Source: Vicinamibacterales bacterium
Lineage (GTDB): Bacteria; Acidobacteriota; Vicinamibacteria; Vicinamibacterales; UBA2999
Assembly: GCA_050246635.1 (NCBI GenBank)
Contig: JBFWVR010000008.1
Span: 169,217 to 233,216 of the forward strand
Reading direction: 5' to 3'
DNA: 64,000 nucleotides
The notes beneath the pieces were generated by a model that worked only from the letters and a program-made list of their open reading frames with translations, had not been told where the DNA came from and searched no databases. Below, piece after piece: positions 11,291-21,510 of the stretch. Position numbers and translations under genes: made by a program. Numbering within the stretch: the first letter of the stretch is position 1; each line of letters starts with the position of its first letter.

Positions 11291-13138
11291 TCAGCGCCGG
11301 TCGAGCGGAATCGTCAGCTGGCGTGCGCCCGTGACGGCGAGCTCGACGGGGATTTCCCATTCGCCGCGCGTCGCGCTGCGGAGCGGGCTGAAACTGCCGC
11401 TGTTCCGGTCCGACTCGAGCACGGCCAGGACGGACGGCGGCAGCGCGGGGAGCGCCTCGCCGGCGACGACCGCGCCCTGGTCCGGCGCGGACAGCCGGAC
11501 GTAGAGGCGGTTGGAACGGCGGGCGCGGTTGAACGAGCGGATGATCTGCGAGACGCGCTGCGACTCGAGGCCGCGGGTCTCGCGCCGATCCTCGGCCGAG
11601 AGCCGGGACGCGTCCGCCACCAGCAGCTGCAGCGAACCGGACACGTTCTCCGGGATCGTGATCGTCGTGGTCTTGATGAATTCACGGCCGAGCGACGAGC
11701 GCAGGGCGACCTTCACGTCGAGCGTCTCGCCGGGACGGGGCCGCTGGTCCTCGATCCAGACGCGCTCGATGCTCGCCTCGAGGGCCTGCTCGGTGGCATC
11801 GATCGTCAGGGAGACCCGCTCGACGTCGACCGGTTCACTCGCGTTCTTGAGCAGGAACGTGAGGGGGGCCGCCACGTACGCCGCGGCATTCCCGGCCGGC
11901 TGATCGCCGGTGAAGATGTCCTCGAAGGCGAGGTCGCCGTGCTGGCCCAGCGTGGCGGTGCCGCGAATCGTGAACGACGCCGGGCCTGCCGCGCGTTCGT
12001 ACGACGTCAGCACGTTGGCCACGGCCAGGTAGGTCAGCAGCGGCGTGAACGTCTGGTCCTTGACCACCGTGAACGAAAACGTGCGCGTGTCGCTGCGGTC
12101 CGAGTTGAGGGTGATGTCGACCGGGATGAGCGTCGGCTGCGCCCCGAGCGTGCCGGCGATTGCCGTCGCGCGGTCCTGCCGCATCGTGCCGATCACGTCC
12201 CCGAAGCTCGCAAGCTTGGACGACTGCATCAGGCTCGGCAGCACGACGTGCACGTCGGCCGCCGTCAGCGGGAACTCGGTCGGCCCGAGGTTGTACATGG
12301 GGTGGCCGAACGCGTAGAGGCGGTTGCCGTCGACGTAGGTCACCGTGCCCGTCGAGCCGAGGACGAAGTCGCCCGACAGCAGCTCGACACCCACGGCGTC
12401 CCCGGGCCGCAGCGCCGCGGGCGCCGGGCCGGCCTGACTCCGGGCCGCTGCGGCCGTCCCGCCCGCGGAGACCGGGACGAAGCCGCCGTCGCTCAGCGCG
12501 GGGGCCAGGGTCTGGAGCACCGACGCCTCGATGCCGGCGGTGACCAGCGGCAGCGCGATCGGGTGCAGCAGGCTGGCCGTCCGGGCGGACACCACACCCG
12601 TGCCGGACACCACCTCCGTGTCGCCGGGGGCGTTGGCAAAGGCTGCGGACCGCCCGAGGTCCCGGGCCCAGATCCGGACGAGATCGGCGGGACCGGCCTG
12701 CCAGTTCATGGCCACGGCACGGCTGCCACGCGCGGGCGCGTCCAGGGCTGCCGCATCCACCATCTCGGCGATGGGCGTGATGCCGGCGATGGGTTCCGTC
12801 GAGAACTGGCCCAGCGCGTACGACACCGCCCCGAGCAGCTTGCCGTCGATGTAGACCGGGCTCCCGCTCATGCCCGCGATCACGCCGGTCTCGGCAAGCG
12901 GGCCGCCCTCGAGCCGCGCGAGGATGAGATCGCGCTTCGGCCCCACGACGTTCCGCAACACCCCCAGGATGTGGGCCTTGAACGGCTCGAGCTGGGAGCC
13001 CTGGAAGACCGTCTCGCCCGTGCCGACCATGCCGGGCCGGACGTCCGACACAGGAAAGAACGGGGTCTGCGCGGCCGGGGTGCCGGACACGAACCAGAGG
13101 AGCGCCGCGGACAGGGTGAGCAGGAGTCGTCGGGTCAT
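11291..13138 (-). CDS. secreted peptidase S55 (SpoIVB-like) domain protein
   Basis: Signal peptide MTRRLLLTLSAALLWFVSGTPAAQ. GVIAGMSGSPVYIDGKLLGAV resembles the serine motif GMSGSP of the SpoIVB family. It ends 16 nt upstream of the beta-propeller gene, so the two probably form an operon. Confidence 0.65.
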   Translation of the reverse strand: MTRRLLLTLSAALLWFVSGTPAAQTPFFPVSDVRPGMVGTGETVFQGSQLEPFKAHILGVLRNVVGPKRDLILARLEGGPLAETGVIAGMSGSPVYIDGKLLGAVSYALGQFSTEPIAGITPIAEMVDAAALDAPARGSRAVAMNWQAGPADLVRIWARDLGRSAAFANAPGDTEVVSGTGVVSARTASLLHPIALPLVTAGIEASVLQTLAPALSDGGFVPVSAGGTAAAARSQAGPAPAALRPGDAVGVELLSGDFVLGSTGTVTYVDGNRLYAFGHPMYNLGPTEFPLTAADVHVVLPSLMQSSKLASFGDVIGTMRQDRATAIAGTLGAQPTLIPVDITLNSDRSDTRTFSFTVVKDQTFTPLLTYLAVANVLTSYERAAGPASFTIRGTATLGQHGDLAFEDIFTGDQPAGNAAAYVAAPLTFLLKNASEPVDVERVSLTIDATEQALEASIERVWIEDQRPRPGETLDVKVALRSSLGREFIKTTTITIPENVSGSLQLLVADASRLSAEDRRETRGLESQRVSQIIRSFNRARRSNRLYVRLSAPDQGAVVAGEALPALPPSVLAVLESDRNSGSFSPLRSATRGEWEIPVELAVTGARQLTIPLDRR

Positions 13139-13169
13139 TGCAACTGCTGGAAAGGCGAGAACTTATCCC

Positions 13170-13198
13170 GTTATACGAGGTTCGCGGAGGTGAATCAA
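13170..13198 (-). promoter_or_regulatory. sigma-70-like promoter for the S55 peptidase / beta-propeller operon
   Basis: The minus strand reads TTGATT (13198..13193), a 17-nt spacer, then TATAAC (13175..13170), 31 nt upstream of ATG 13138. It is an AT-rich island in a roughly 70% GC context. Confidence 0.5.
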
Positions 13199-13245
13199 GT
13201 GCGGAGGTCCCGGTGGCGGGACCGGGAGCGGACGGGCGCCGTTTG

Positions 13246-13275
13246 TTGACACCGCTCCAGTGGCTCCGCTAGCAT
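13246..13275 (+). promoter_or_regulatory. sigma-70-like promoter of the aromatic leader/supraoperon
   Basis: TTGACA (13246..13251), an 18-nt spacer, then TAGCAT (13270..13275). The leader ATG lies 13 nt downstream. Confidence 0.5.
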
Positions 13276-13288
13276 TACGACGGTTTTC

Positions 13289-13417
13289 ATGTCGTTTCGG
13301 CCTTCGTCCACCGACCGCTCCGCCAGTGTCGCCGCGCCTCGTGCCGCGGCCGGCCGCGCGTACGGGTATTGGTGGTGGCGCTCCCTCGATCACGGCGGGG
13401 CTCCGCGCGCGATATAA
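13289..13417 (+). CDS. leader peptide (42 aa) with YGYWWW run; putative attenuation sensor for Trp (and possibly Tyr)
   Basis: Hand translation: ATG 13289 ... TAC GGG TAT TGG TGG TGG (13361..13378) ... ATA TAA (stop 13415..13417), giving MSFRPSSTDRSASVAAPRAAAGRAYGYWWWRSLDHGGAPRAI. It is below the ORF-track size cutoff. No clear SD is present and the 5' UTR would be very short. Confidence 0.7.
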   Translation: MSFRPSSTDRSASVAAPRAAAGRAYGYWWWRSLDHGGAPRAI

Positions 13418-13450
13418 CCCGGACGAAACGAACCACCTGATTCGACCGAA

Positions 13451-13490
13451 AGCGCCTCAGCAGCCCCGCTGCCGAGGCGCTTTTTGTTTG
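13451..13490 (+). terminator. intrinsic terminator / attenuator hairpin preceding aroDE
   Basis: AGCGCCTCAGCAG (13451..13463) pairs with CTGCCGAGGCGCT (13469..13481): 13 positions with one A.C mismatch and a 5-nt loop. It is followed by TTTTTGTTTG. A competing pairing exists between 13393..13402 and 13462..13471. Confidence 0.75.
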
Positions 13491-13498
13491 TGGACGAG

Positions 13499-14980
13499 AT
13501 GACCGCGACCGAGCTGTGCGTGACCGTCACCGGGGCCTCCATGGCCGAGCTGCTCGACCGGCGTGACCGGGTCTCCGGCGCCGATCTGGTCGAGCTGCGC
13601 CTCGACGGCGTCGCCGGGCTCGACGTCGCGCGGGCCCTGGCTGGCCGCCGCCTTCCGGTCATTGCCACCTGCCGCCCGGTGTGGGAAGGCGGGTGCTTCC
13701 AAGGGTCCGAGGCCGAGCGGCGCGCGGTGCTCGAACAGGCGCTGGCGGCCGGCGCCGAGTACGTCGATGTCGAGTTCCGCGCCTCGTTCTGGCGCGAGCT
13801 CGTCGCCGCCGGTGGGCCGCGCGTCGTGATCTCCCGCCATGACTTCGACGGTGTGCCGGCGGACCTGCGGGACCTCGTGCGTGAGATGGCGCGCACTGGA
13901 GCCGGCGTCGTGAAGGTGGCGGTGATGGCCCACCGCCTCGGCGACGTGCTCGCGCTTCGAGGCCTTGCGGACCAGGCTCCACGGCTCGTGGCCATTGCCA
14001 TGGGGGAGGCCGGGCTGCTCTCCCGCGTGCTGGCGTCACGATTCGGTTCCGCCTGGACCTACGCGGGCGACGCCGTTGCGCCCGGTCAGCGTCCCGCGCC
14101 GGAGTACCGCGCGCTGGGATTCGGGCGCGTGTCGGATGGCACGTCCATCTACGGGGTGGTGGGGCGTCCGGTCGCGCATTCCCTCTCGCCGGCGATGCAC
14201 AACGCGGCCTTCGTCGCCGCCGGTCTCGACGCCGTGTACCTCCCGTTGGCGGCGGCGGACTTCGCCGACTTCCTCGAGGTGGCGGGGGCGCTCGGCCTTG
14301 CGGGCGCCAGCGTGACGGCGCCGTTCAAGCTCGACGCGTTTGCCGCGGCGGCGCCCGATGACGACGACAGTCGCCTCACGGGATCGGCCAACACCCTGAG
14401 ACGCGACGGCGGGCGTTGGCTTGCGCGGAACACCGACGTCGCCGGTTTCCTCGCGCCGCTCGACCTGGCCGGCGCGGTTGACGGGCGGCGGGCGACGGTG
14501 CTCGGGGCGGGCGGCGCGGCGCGCGCGGCGATTCGTGGCCTGCGGGCACGCGGTGCCGCTGTCCGGGTGTCGGCCCGGCGGAACGAGGCCGGCGCGCGGC
14601 TGGCGGAGGAAATGGGCGTTGGCACCGCGCCGTGGCCGCCGGCAGGGGAGTGGGACCTCCTCGTCAACGCCACTCCTGTCGGGACGTGGCCGGACGTCGA
14701 ACGCTCGCCGGTGCCCGGCCTCGCGTTCTCGGGGCGCCTCGCCTACGACCTCGTCTACAACCCGGTCGAGACGCGCTTCCTCCGCGACGCCCGGGCCGCG
14801 GGGCTCACGACGATCGATGGACTGGAGATGCTGGTCGCGCAGGCGCGCGAGCAGTTCGAGTGGTGGACCGGCCGCCCGGCGCCCGCGCGGGTCATGCGCG
14901 ACGCGGCGCTCGCGGCGCTGGCCTTCCAGGCGTCCCGCGCCGCCGGCGCGCCTGGGCACGCGCACGCGGTAACCGACTGA
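13499..14980 (+). CDS. bifunctional 3-dehydroquinate dehydratase (type I) / shikimate 5-dehydrogenase
   Basis: The N-terminal half (ELCVTVTGASMAELL...DLVELRLDG...VVISRHDF) is AroD type I-like. The C-terminal half (IYGVVGRPVAHSLSPAMHNAAF...NTDVAGF...GAGGAARA) is AroE. The start is ATG 13499 (or TTG 13484). Confidence 0.88.
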   Translation: MTATELCVTVTGASMAELLDRRDRVSGADLVELRLDGVAGLDVARALAGRRLPVIATCRPVWEGGCFQGSEAERRAVLEQALAAGAEYVDVEFRASFWRELVAAGGPRVVISRHDFDGVPADLRDLVREMARTGAGVVKVAVMAHRLGDVLALRGLADQAPRLVAIAMGEAGLLSRVLASRFGSAWTYAGDAVAPGQRPAPEYRALGFGRVSDGTSIYGVVGRPVAHSLSPAMHNAAFVAAGLDAVYLPLAAADFADFLEVAGALGLAGASVTAPFKLDAFAAAAPDDDDSRLTGSANTLRRDGGRWLARNTDVAGFLAPLDLAGAVDGRRATVLGAGGAARAAIRGLRARGAAVRVSARRNEAGARLAEEMGVGTAPWPPAGEWDLLVNATPVGTWPDVERSPVPGLAFSGRLAYDLVYNPVETRFLRDARAAGLTTIDGLEMLVAQAREQFEWWTGRPAPARVMRDAALAALAFQASRAAGAPGHAHAVTD

Positions 14981-14992
14981 TCCGACCTCATC

Positions 14993-16462
14993 ATGAAGCA
15001 GACGACTTTCGACGAATTCGTGGATCTCGCCAAGCGCGGCACGTTCGTGCCGGTCTGCAAGGAGATCGTGGCCGACCTGCTCACGCCGGTCTCCGCCTTC
15101 CTCAAGATTGCGGAGAACTCCGACTACGCCTTCCTGCTGGAGAGCGTGGAAGGGGGCGAGCACGTCGGCCGCTACTCGTTCCTCGGCAAGGACCCCTTCC
15201 TCATCGTGCGTGGCCGTGCCGGCCAGACGTTCGTCGAGCGCGCGGGTGTCGTGACCGAGAGCGAGCAGCCGTTCATCTCGACGCTGCGGGAGTTGATGAG
15301 CAGCTTCCAGGCGCCCTTCGTGCCCGGGCTCCCGAGGTTCACGGGGGGCGCCGTCGGGTACCTCGGCTACGAGACGGCCACCTGGTTCGAGCCCGCCGTC
15401 GGCCGCGCCGGCGACGCGCCGGTGGGCGACGATGCCGGCTTCATGGTGTTCGACACGGTGCTGGCGTTCGACCACGTGCAGCACCGGATCCTCATCATCG
15501 CCAACGCGCGGATCTCGGGGGACGAGGACCTGCAGGCCCTCTACCAGTTCGCCTGCGCCAAGATCGAGTTCCTCGAACGGGAGCTGGAGCGGGCCTTGTC
15601 GCTCCCGAAGGCCGCGCCGGCACCGCCCCTCGAGCTGTCGTCGAACTTCACGCAGGATCGGTTCGAGGCGATCGTGCGCCAGGCCAAGGAGTACATCGCG
15701 GCGGGGGACATCTACCAGGTCGTGCTGTCGCAGCGCTTCGAGGCGGAGGTCGGCGTCGACCCCTTCACCGTGTATCGCGCGTTGCGGCACGTGAACCCGT
15801 CGCCGTACATGTTCTTCGTGCGCATGGGCGAGCGGTCGATCGTCGGCGCGTCGCCGGAGATGCTCGTGCGCGTCGAGGGACGTCGCGCGGAGACGCACCC
15901 GATTGCCGGCACGCGGCCCCGCGGCCGGTCGGAGGAGGAAGACCAGCGGCTCGCCGACGAGCTCAAGCGCAACGAGAAGGAGAAGGCCGAGCACGTCATG
16001 CTGGTGGACCTTGGGCGCAACGACCTCGGGCGCGTCTGCGCGTACGGCAGCGTGCGTGTCCCGACGTTCATGGCGCTCGAGCGGTACTCGCACGTGATGC
16101 ACCTCGTCTCGACCGTCGAAGGGCAGCTGGCGGACGACCAGGATCGGCTCGATGCGCTGGTGGCCTGCTTCCCGGCGGGCACCGTCTCGGGCGCGCCGAA
16201 GGTCCGGGCGATGCAGATCATCAACGAGCTGGAGCCGGATCGGCGGGGAGTCTACGCCGGCGCGGTCGGGTACCTCGACTTCGCGGGCAACCTCGACTTC
16301 TGCATCGCGATCCGCACGATCGTGCTCGAGGCCGGCCGGGCGCGCGTGCAGGCGGGCGCCGGCATCGTGGCCGACTCGAACCCCACCGCCGAGTTCGAGG
16401 AGACGCGGGACAAGGCGCGCGCGATGGTGCGCGCGCTCGAGCTCGCCCTGGCCGGGCTCTGA
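14993..16462 (+). CDS. trpE: anthranilate synthase component I
   Basis: 489 aa. Contains LLESVEGGEHVGRYSF, GDIYQVVLSQRF and the IAGTRPRG...LVDLGRNDLGRV motifs. Confidence 0.95.
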   Translation: MKQTTFDEFVDLAKRGTFVPVCKEIVADLLTPVSAFLKIAENSDYAFLLESVEGGEHVGRYSFLGKDPFLIVRGRAGQTFVERAGVVTESEQPFISTLRELMSSFQAPFVPGLPRFTGGAVGYLGYETATWFEPAVGRAGDAPVGDDAGFMVFDTVLAFDHVQHRILIIANARISGDEDLQALYQFACAKIEFLERELERALSLPKAAPAPPLELSSNFTQDRFEAIVRQAKEYIAAGDIYQVVLSQRFEAEVGVDPFTVYRALRHVNPSPYMFFVRMGERSIVGASPEMLVRVEGRRAETHPIAGTRPRGRSEEEDQRLADELKRNEKEKAEHVMLVDLGRNDLGRVCAYGSVRVPTFMALERYSHVMHLVSTVEGQLADDQDRLDALVACFPAGTVSGAPKVRAMQIINELEPDRRGVYAGAVGYLDFAGNLDFCIAIRTIVLEAGRARVQAGAGIVADSNPTAEFEETRDKARAMVRALELALAGL

Positions 16463-16470
16463 GGGGATCC

Positions 16471-17046
16471 ATGGTCCTGGTCATCGACAACTACGACTCG
16501 TTCACGTTCAACCTCGTGCAGTATCTCGGCGAGCTGGGCGCCCGCGTCGAGGTGCGCCGCAACGACGAGACGACGCTGGACGAGATTGCCGCGCTCGACC
16601 CGGCGCGCATCCTCATCTCGCCCGGTCCCGGGCGGCCCGAGGACGCCGGCATCTCCCTCGACGTGATCCGCCGCTTCGGGCCGACCCGGCCGGTGATGGG
16701 GGTCTGCCTCGGACACCAGGCCATGGGCCTGGCGTTCGGCGGGCGCATCGTCCGGGCGCCCGTCCCGATGCACGGGAAGACGTCGACCGTCGAGCACGAC
16801 GCGCGAGGCCTGTTCGCGGGCATTCCCGAGGCGTTCCTCGCGTCGCGGTATCACTCCCTCGTGGTCTCGGAGGAGGGTTGGCCCGAGGTGCTCGAGGTGG
16901 CGGCGCGCTCGAAGGAGGACGGCATCGTGATGGCGCTCCGCCACCGCGAGTGGCCCGTGCACGGCGTGCAGTTCCATCCCGAGTCGATCCTCACGCACGA
17001 GGGCCGGCACATCCTCCGCAACTTCCTCAAGCTGCAGGCGGCGTGA
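16471..17046 (+). CDS. trpG: anthranilate synthase component II (glutamine amidotransferase)
   Basis: MVLVIDNYDSFTFNLVQYLGELG and GVCLGHQ (catalytic Cys) followed by HPESI. It lies in frame inside the spurious long track ORF 14632..17046. It could also serve as PabA. Confidence 0.9.
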   Translation: MVLVIDNYDSFTFNLVQYLGELGARVEVRRNDETTLDEIAALDPARILISPGPGRPEDAGISLDVIRRFGPTRPVMGVCLGHQAMGLAFGGRIVRAPVPMHGKTSTVEHDARGLFAGIPEAFLASRYHSLVVSEEGWPEVLEVAARSKEDGIVMALRHREWPVHGVQFHPESILTHEGRHILRNFLKLQAA

Positions 17047-18077
17047 TGGCGGTCCTCAGCACCCTGATCGAGAAGCTCGCGCGACCCGCGGACCTGACCG
17101 CCGACGAGGCGGCCGAGGCCATGGGGGCCATCATGCGCGGCGAGGCGTCGCCGGCGCAGGTCGCCGGGCTGCTCATCGGCCTCGGCATGAAGGGGGAGCG
17201 CCCGGCGGAGCTCGTCGGCCTGGCGCGGGCGATGCGGGCGCACGCGGTGCCGCTGTCGGCCCCGGTCGAGGGCGTGTTCGACACGTGCGGGACCGGGGGC
17301 GACCGCTCCGGCACCTTCAACATCTCGACCGCCGCCGCCCTCGTCGTCGCGGGGTGTGGCGTGCCCGTGGCCAAGCACGGCAACCGCTCGGTGTCGAGCC
17401 GCTGCGGCAGCGCCGACGTGCTGGAGGCGCTCGGTGTCGACGTCGCGGCGCCTCCGGCCGTGGTCGAGCGCTGCCTGGCCGACGCCGGCATGGCGTTCTT
17501 CTTCGCGCCCACCTTTCATCCCGCGATGAAGCACGCGGCGCAGGCCCGCCGTGACCTCGGGGTCCGTACCGCGTTCAACCTGCTCGGCCCCCTGACGAAC
17601 CCCGCCGGTCCGCGGAGGCAGATCGTCGGCGTGCCACGACCCGAGCTGACGGAGCTGCTCGCACGCGCGCTGCAGCTGCTCGGCTCCGAGCATGCCTGGG
17701 TGGTGCACGGCGCGGATGGTCTCGACGAGCTCTCGACGACGGGTTACACCAAGGTGTCCGCGTGCCGGCCCGGCTCCGTGAAGACCTTCTACGTGCACCC
17801 GTCGGAGTTCGGGCTGGCCAAGGCCGAGGCCGGCGCGCTTGCCGGTGGCGATGCGGCCGAGAACGCCGCCATCGTGACCGCGGTGATCGATGGGGCGGCG
17901 GGGCCGGCGCGGGACGTGGTCCTGCTGAACGCCGGGGCGGCGTTGTTCGTGGCGGGCCGCGCCAGCGCCGTTCCCGAGGGCATCACGATGGCTGCGCAGG
18001 CCATCGACAGCGGCGCGGCCCGCTCCGTGCTCGCGCGGCTCGTTGCGGCCTCCCGGGCGCCCGAGGGCCGGGCATGA
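17046..18077 (+). CDS. trpD: anthranilate phosphoribosyltransferase
   Basis: Starts MAVLSTLIEKLARPADLTADEAAEAMGAIMRGEASPAQVAGLLIGLGMKGE and contains DTCGTGGD. Its ATG overlaps the trpG stop (TGATG). Confidence 0.93.
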   Translation: MAVLSTLIEKLARPADLTADEAAEAMGAIMRGEASPAQVAGLLIGLGMKGERPAELVGLARAMRAHAVPLSAPVEGVFDTCGTGGDRSGTFNISTAAALVVAGCGVPVAKHGNRSVSSRCGSADVLEALGVDVAAPPAVVERCLADAGMAFFFAPTFHPAMKHAAQARRDLGVRTAFNLLGPLTNPAGPRRQIVGVPRPELTELLARALQLLGSEHAWVVHGADGLDELSTTGYTKVSACRPGSVKTFYVHPSEFGLAKAEAGALAGGDAAENAAIVTAVIDGAAGPARDVVLLNAGAALFVAGRASAVPEGITMAAQAIDSGAARSVLARLVAASRAPEGRA

Positions 18078-18877
18078 GCTCCGGCACCGCGGTTCCCGAC
18101 CTGCTCGCGGCCATCGTGGCCGCCACGCGACGCATCGTCGAGGTGCGGCGCGGCGTGGAGGCCGAGGGCCGGCTCGAGACACGCGCGATGTCCCGGGCGC
18201 CGGCCGCGGCCGCGTTCGAGGCTGCGCTGGCGGACGCCACGCGCGTGAACGTGATCGCGGAGTGCAAGCGGCGCTCGCCCTCACGAGGCGTGCTCCGGAC
18301 GGCCTATGAGCCCGTCGCCATCGCCCGCGCGTACGCCGGCGCCGGCGCGGCAGCCATCTCGGTGCTGACCGAGCCCACGTTCTTCGACGGCGCGCTCGAG
18401 CATCTCAGCGCGGTTCGTGAGGCCGTGCAGGTGCCGCTCCTCCGCAAGGACTTCATCGTCGATGAGTACCAGTTGCTCGAGGCGCGGGCGGCCGGCGCGG
18501 ACGCGGTCCTGCTGATCGTGGCGGCGCTCGACGATTCGACGCTGGCGCGGCTCGGCCGGAGGGCCACGGAGCTCGGGCTCGCGACCCTGGTCGAGGTCCA
18601 CTCGGTGGAGGAGCTCCAGCGGGCCGTGGACGCCGGGGCCCGTGTGATCGGTGTCAACAACCGCAACCTGCGCACGCTCGAGGTGGACGTGCGGGCGTCG
18701 GACGAGATTGCCGCGCGGATGCCCTCCGGGGTCGTGGCCGTGAGCGAGAGCGGGCTGCGGTCGTCGGCGGACCTGGCGCGGCTGCGAGGGCTCGGCTACC
18801 AGGCGTTCCTGATTGGCGAACGCTTCATGACCGCGCCGGACCCGGGCGCGGCGCTCGGTGAGGTGCTGGCGCCGTGA
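18074..18877 (+). CDS. trpC: indole-3-glycerol phosphate synthase
   Basis: Contains [41 protein letters not shown] and [10 protein letters not shown]. It has an ATGA overlap with trpD. Confidence 0.93.
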   Translation: MSSGTAVPDLLAAIVAATRRIVEVRRGVEAEGRLETRAMSRAPAAAAFEAALADATRVNVIAECKRRSPSRGVLRTAYEPVAIARAYAGAGAAAISVLTEPTFFDGALEHLSAVREAVQVPLLRKDFIVDEYQLLEARAAGADAVLLIVAALDDSTLARLGRRATELGLATLVEVHSVEELQRAVDAGARVIGVNNRNLRTLEVDVRASDEIAARMPSGVVAVSESGLRSSADLARLRGLGYQAFLIGERFMTAPDPGAALGEVLAP

Positions 18878-19505
18878 CAGCCATCAAGTTGTGCGGGTTC
18901 CGGCGGGAAGCGGACATCGAGCTCGCGGGGGAGCTCGGGGTGAACGCCGTCGGCTTCGTCATGTGGCCGGGCAGTCCCCGGGCGGTGCCAGTCGATGCGG
19001 TCCGCCGGCTCGCGCGGCGGCTTCCGCCTCTGGTGACGCCCGTGGGCGTGTTCGTCGAGCCGACGCTCGAGGACCTGCGATCCGCCGTGGAGCTGGCGGG
19101 GATCCGCGTGGCACAGGTGCATGGCGCCGTCGGGGAACATGTGCTTGCCGGGGCGCCGTGTCCGGTCATCCGCGCGGTGTCGCTCCGGGACGGTGCGGGC
19201 GCGCGGCCGGTCGACGCGCTCCTGCTCCTGGACGCCCACGATCCCGCGCGGCATGGCGGCACGGGCACGACGATCGACTGGCACGCCGCGGCGGCCGTCG
19301 CGGCGACGCGGCGGGTGCTGCTGGCCGGAGGACTGACGCCGGACAACGTCACGGACGCGATCCGTGCGGCGCGCCCGTGGGGCGTGGACGTTGCGTCCGG
19401 CATCGAGAGCGCCCCGGGCGTGAAGGACGCGGTTCGCATGCGGGCCTTTGTCGCGGCGGTGCGAATGGCGGGTGGTCCCGGCGGGCCCCCGGCCGGAGGA
19501 CGAAC

Positions 19506-19509
<4 letters not shown>
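18874..19509 (+). CDS. trpF: phosphoribosylanthranilate isomerase
   Basis: Starts [29 protein letters not shown] and is 211 aa. It has a GTGA overlap with trpC. Confidence 0.9.
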
Positions 19510-20724
<1,215 letters not shown>

Positions 20725-20738
<14 letters not shown>

Positions 20739-21510
20739 TGAGCGTTTCGCCGCCCTCCGGGCGGCCGGCCGGACGGGGCTGGTCACCTACGTCACCGCGG
20801 GTGACCCCGACCTCGGCCGCACGGCGGCCATCCTCGAGCGTCTCGCCCTGGCGGGCACCGACGTCCTGGAGGTCGGCGTGCCGTTCTCCGACCCGCTGGC
20901 CGATGGCCCGGTCATCCAGCGGGCCACTGAACGCGCCCTGGCCGGCGGCGCCAACCTCGGGGGCGTGCTCGACATGCTGGAGGCGTCGCGCTCGCGGATC
21001 GACGCGCCGGTCGTGCTCTTCAGCTACGCCAATCCGCTGTTGCGCATGGGCCTCGACGCCTTCGTGGAGCGGGCGGTCCGGGCGGGCGTGGATGGGGTCC
21101 TGACGCTCGACGTCCCGCCCGAGGAAGGCGCCGTGCTGCGGGATGCGCTGGGAGCCGCGGGGATTGATACAATTTTCCTGCTGAGCCCCACGACCACGGC
21201 GGAGCGGATCCGCCGGGCTGCGGCGCTCGGAACCGGGTTTCTCTACGGCATTTCCAGGCTTGGCGTCACCGGCGCACGGCAGACCATGGCGGACTCCGCC
21301 GCGGAGCTGGCGGCCCGGGTGCGTGCCGAGACGGATCGGCCGCTCGCGCTCGGCTTCGGGATCTCCCGTCCCGAGCACGTGCGGGCGGTCGGGCAGTTCG
21401 CCGACGCGGCCGTGGTTGGCAGCGCCCTGGTGACCGTGATCGCCGAGCACGCCGGCTCACCGGCCCTGCTCGATGAAGTGGAGCGGTACGTCCGATGGCT
21501 CCGGAGCTAG
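20725..21510 (+). CDS. trpA: tryptophan synthase alpha chain
   Basis: [29 protein letters not shown]...[18 protein letters not shown]. It overlaps trpB by 14 nt. Confidence 0.93.

Noticed and set aside
13280-13490. Possibility that the roughly 200-nt promoter-to-terminator unit is a stand-alone sRNA (for example 6S-like).
   Set aside because: I could not find the 6S-type closing stem and central bubble, or SRP, tmRNA or RNase P signatures. The tandem Trp codons, the stop position and the competing helices directly upstream of trp/aro genes fit a leader-peptide attenuator far better.
13260-13502. 80-aa track ORF (MAPLALRRFSCRFGLRPP...) spanning the aroDE upstream region.
   Set aside because: It runs straight through the terminator hairpin and T-tract and has no SD or homology signal. 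The +2 frame contains the much better explained 42-codon WWW leader ORF.
14036-16102. 688-aa minus-strand ORF opposite aroE/trpE. Similar very long ORFs occur at 14632..17046 (+), 24706..27306 (-), 28798..30843 (-), 34231..37167 (-), 36165..39959 (+), 46331..48958 (-), 52493..54715 (-) and 56268..58847 (-).
   Set aside because: They are Arg/Pro/Gly/Ala-rich, low-complexity translations lying antisense to, or frame-shifted within, genes with unmistakable conserved motifs (TrpE, FtsK, RNase J, RecG, and others). This is the typical open-frame artefact of roughly 70% GC DNA.
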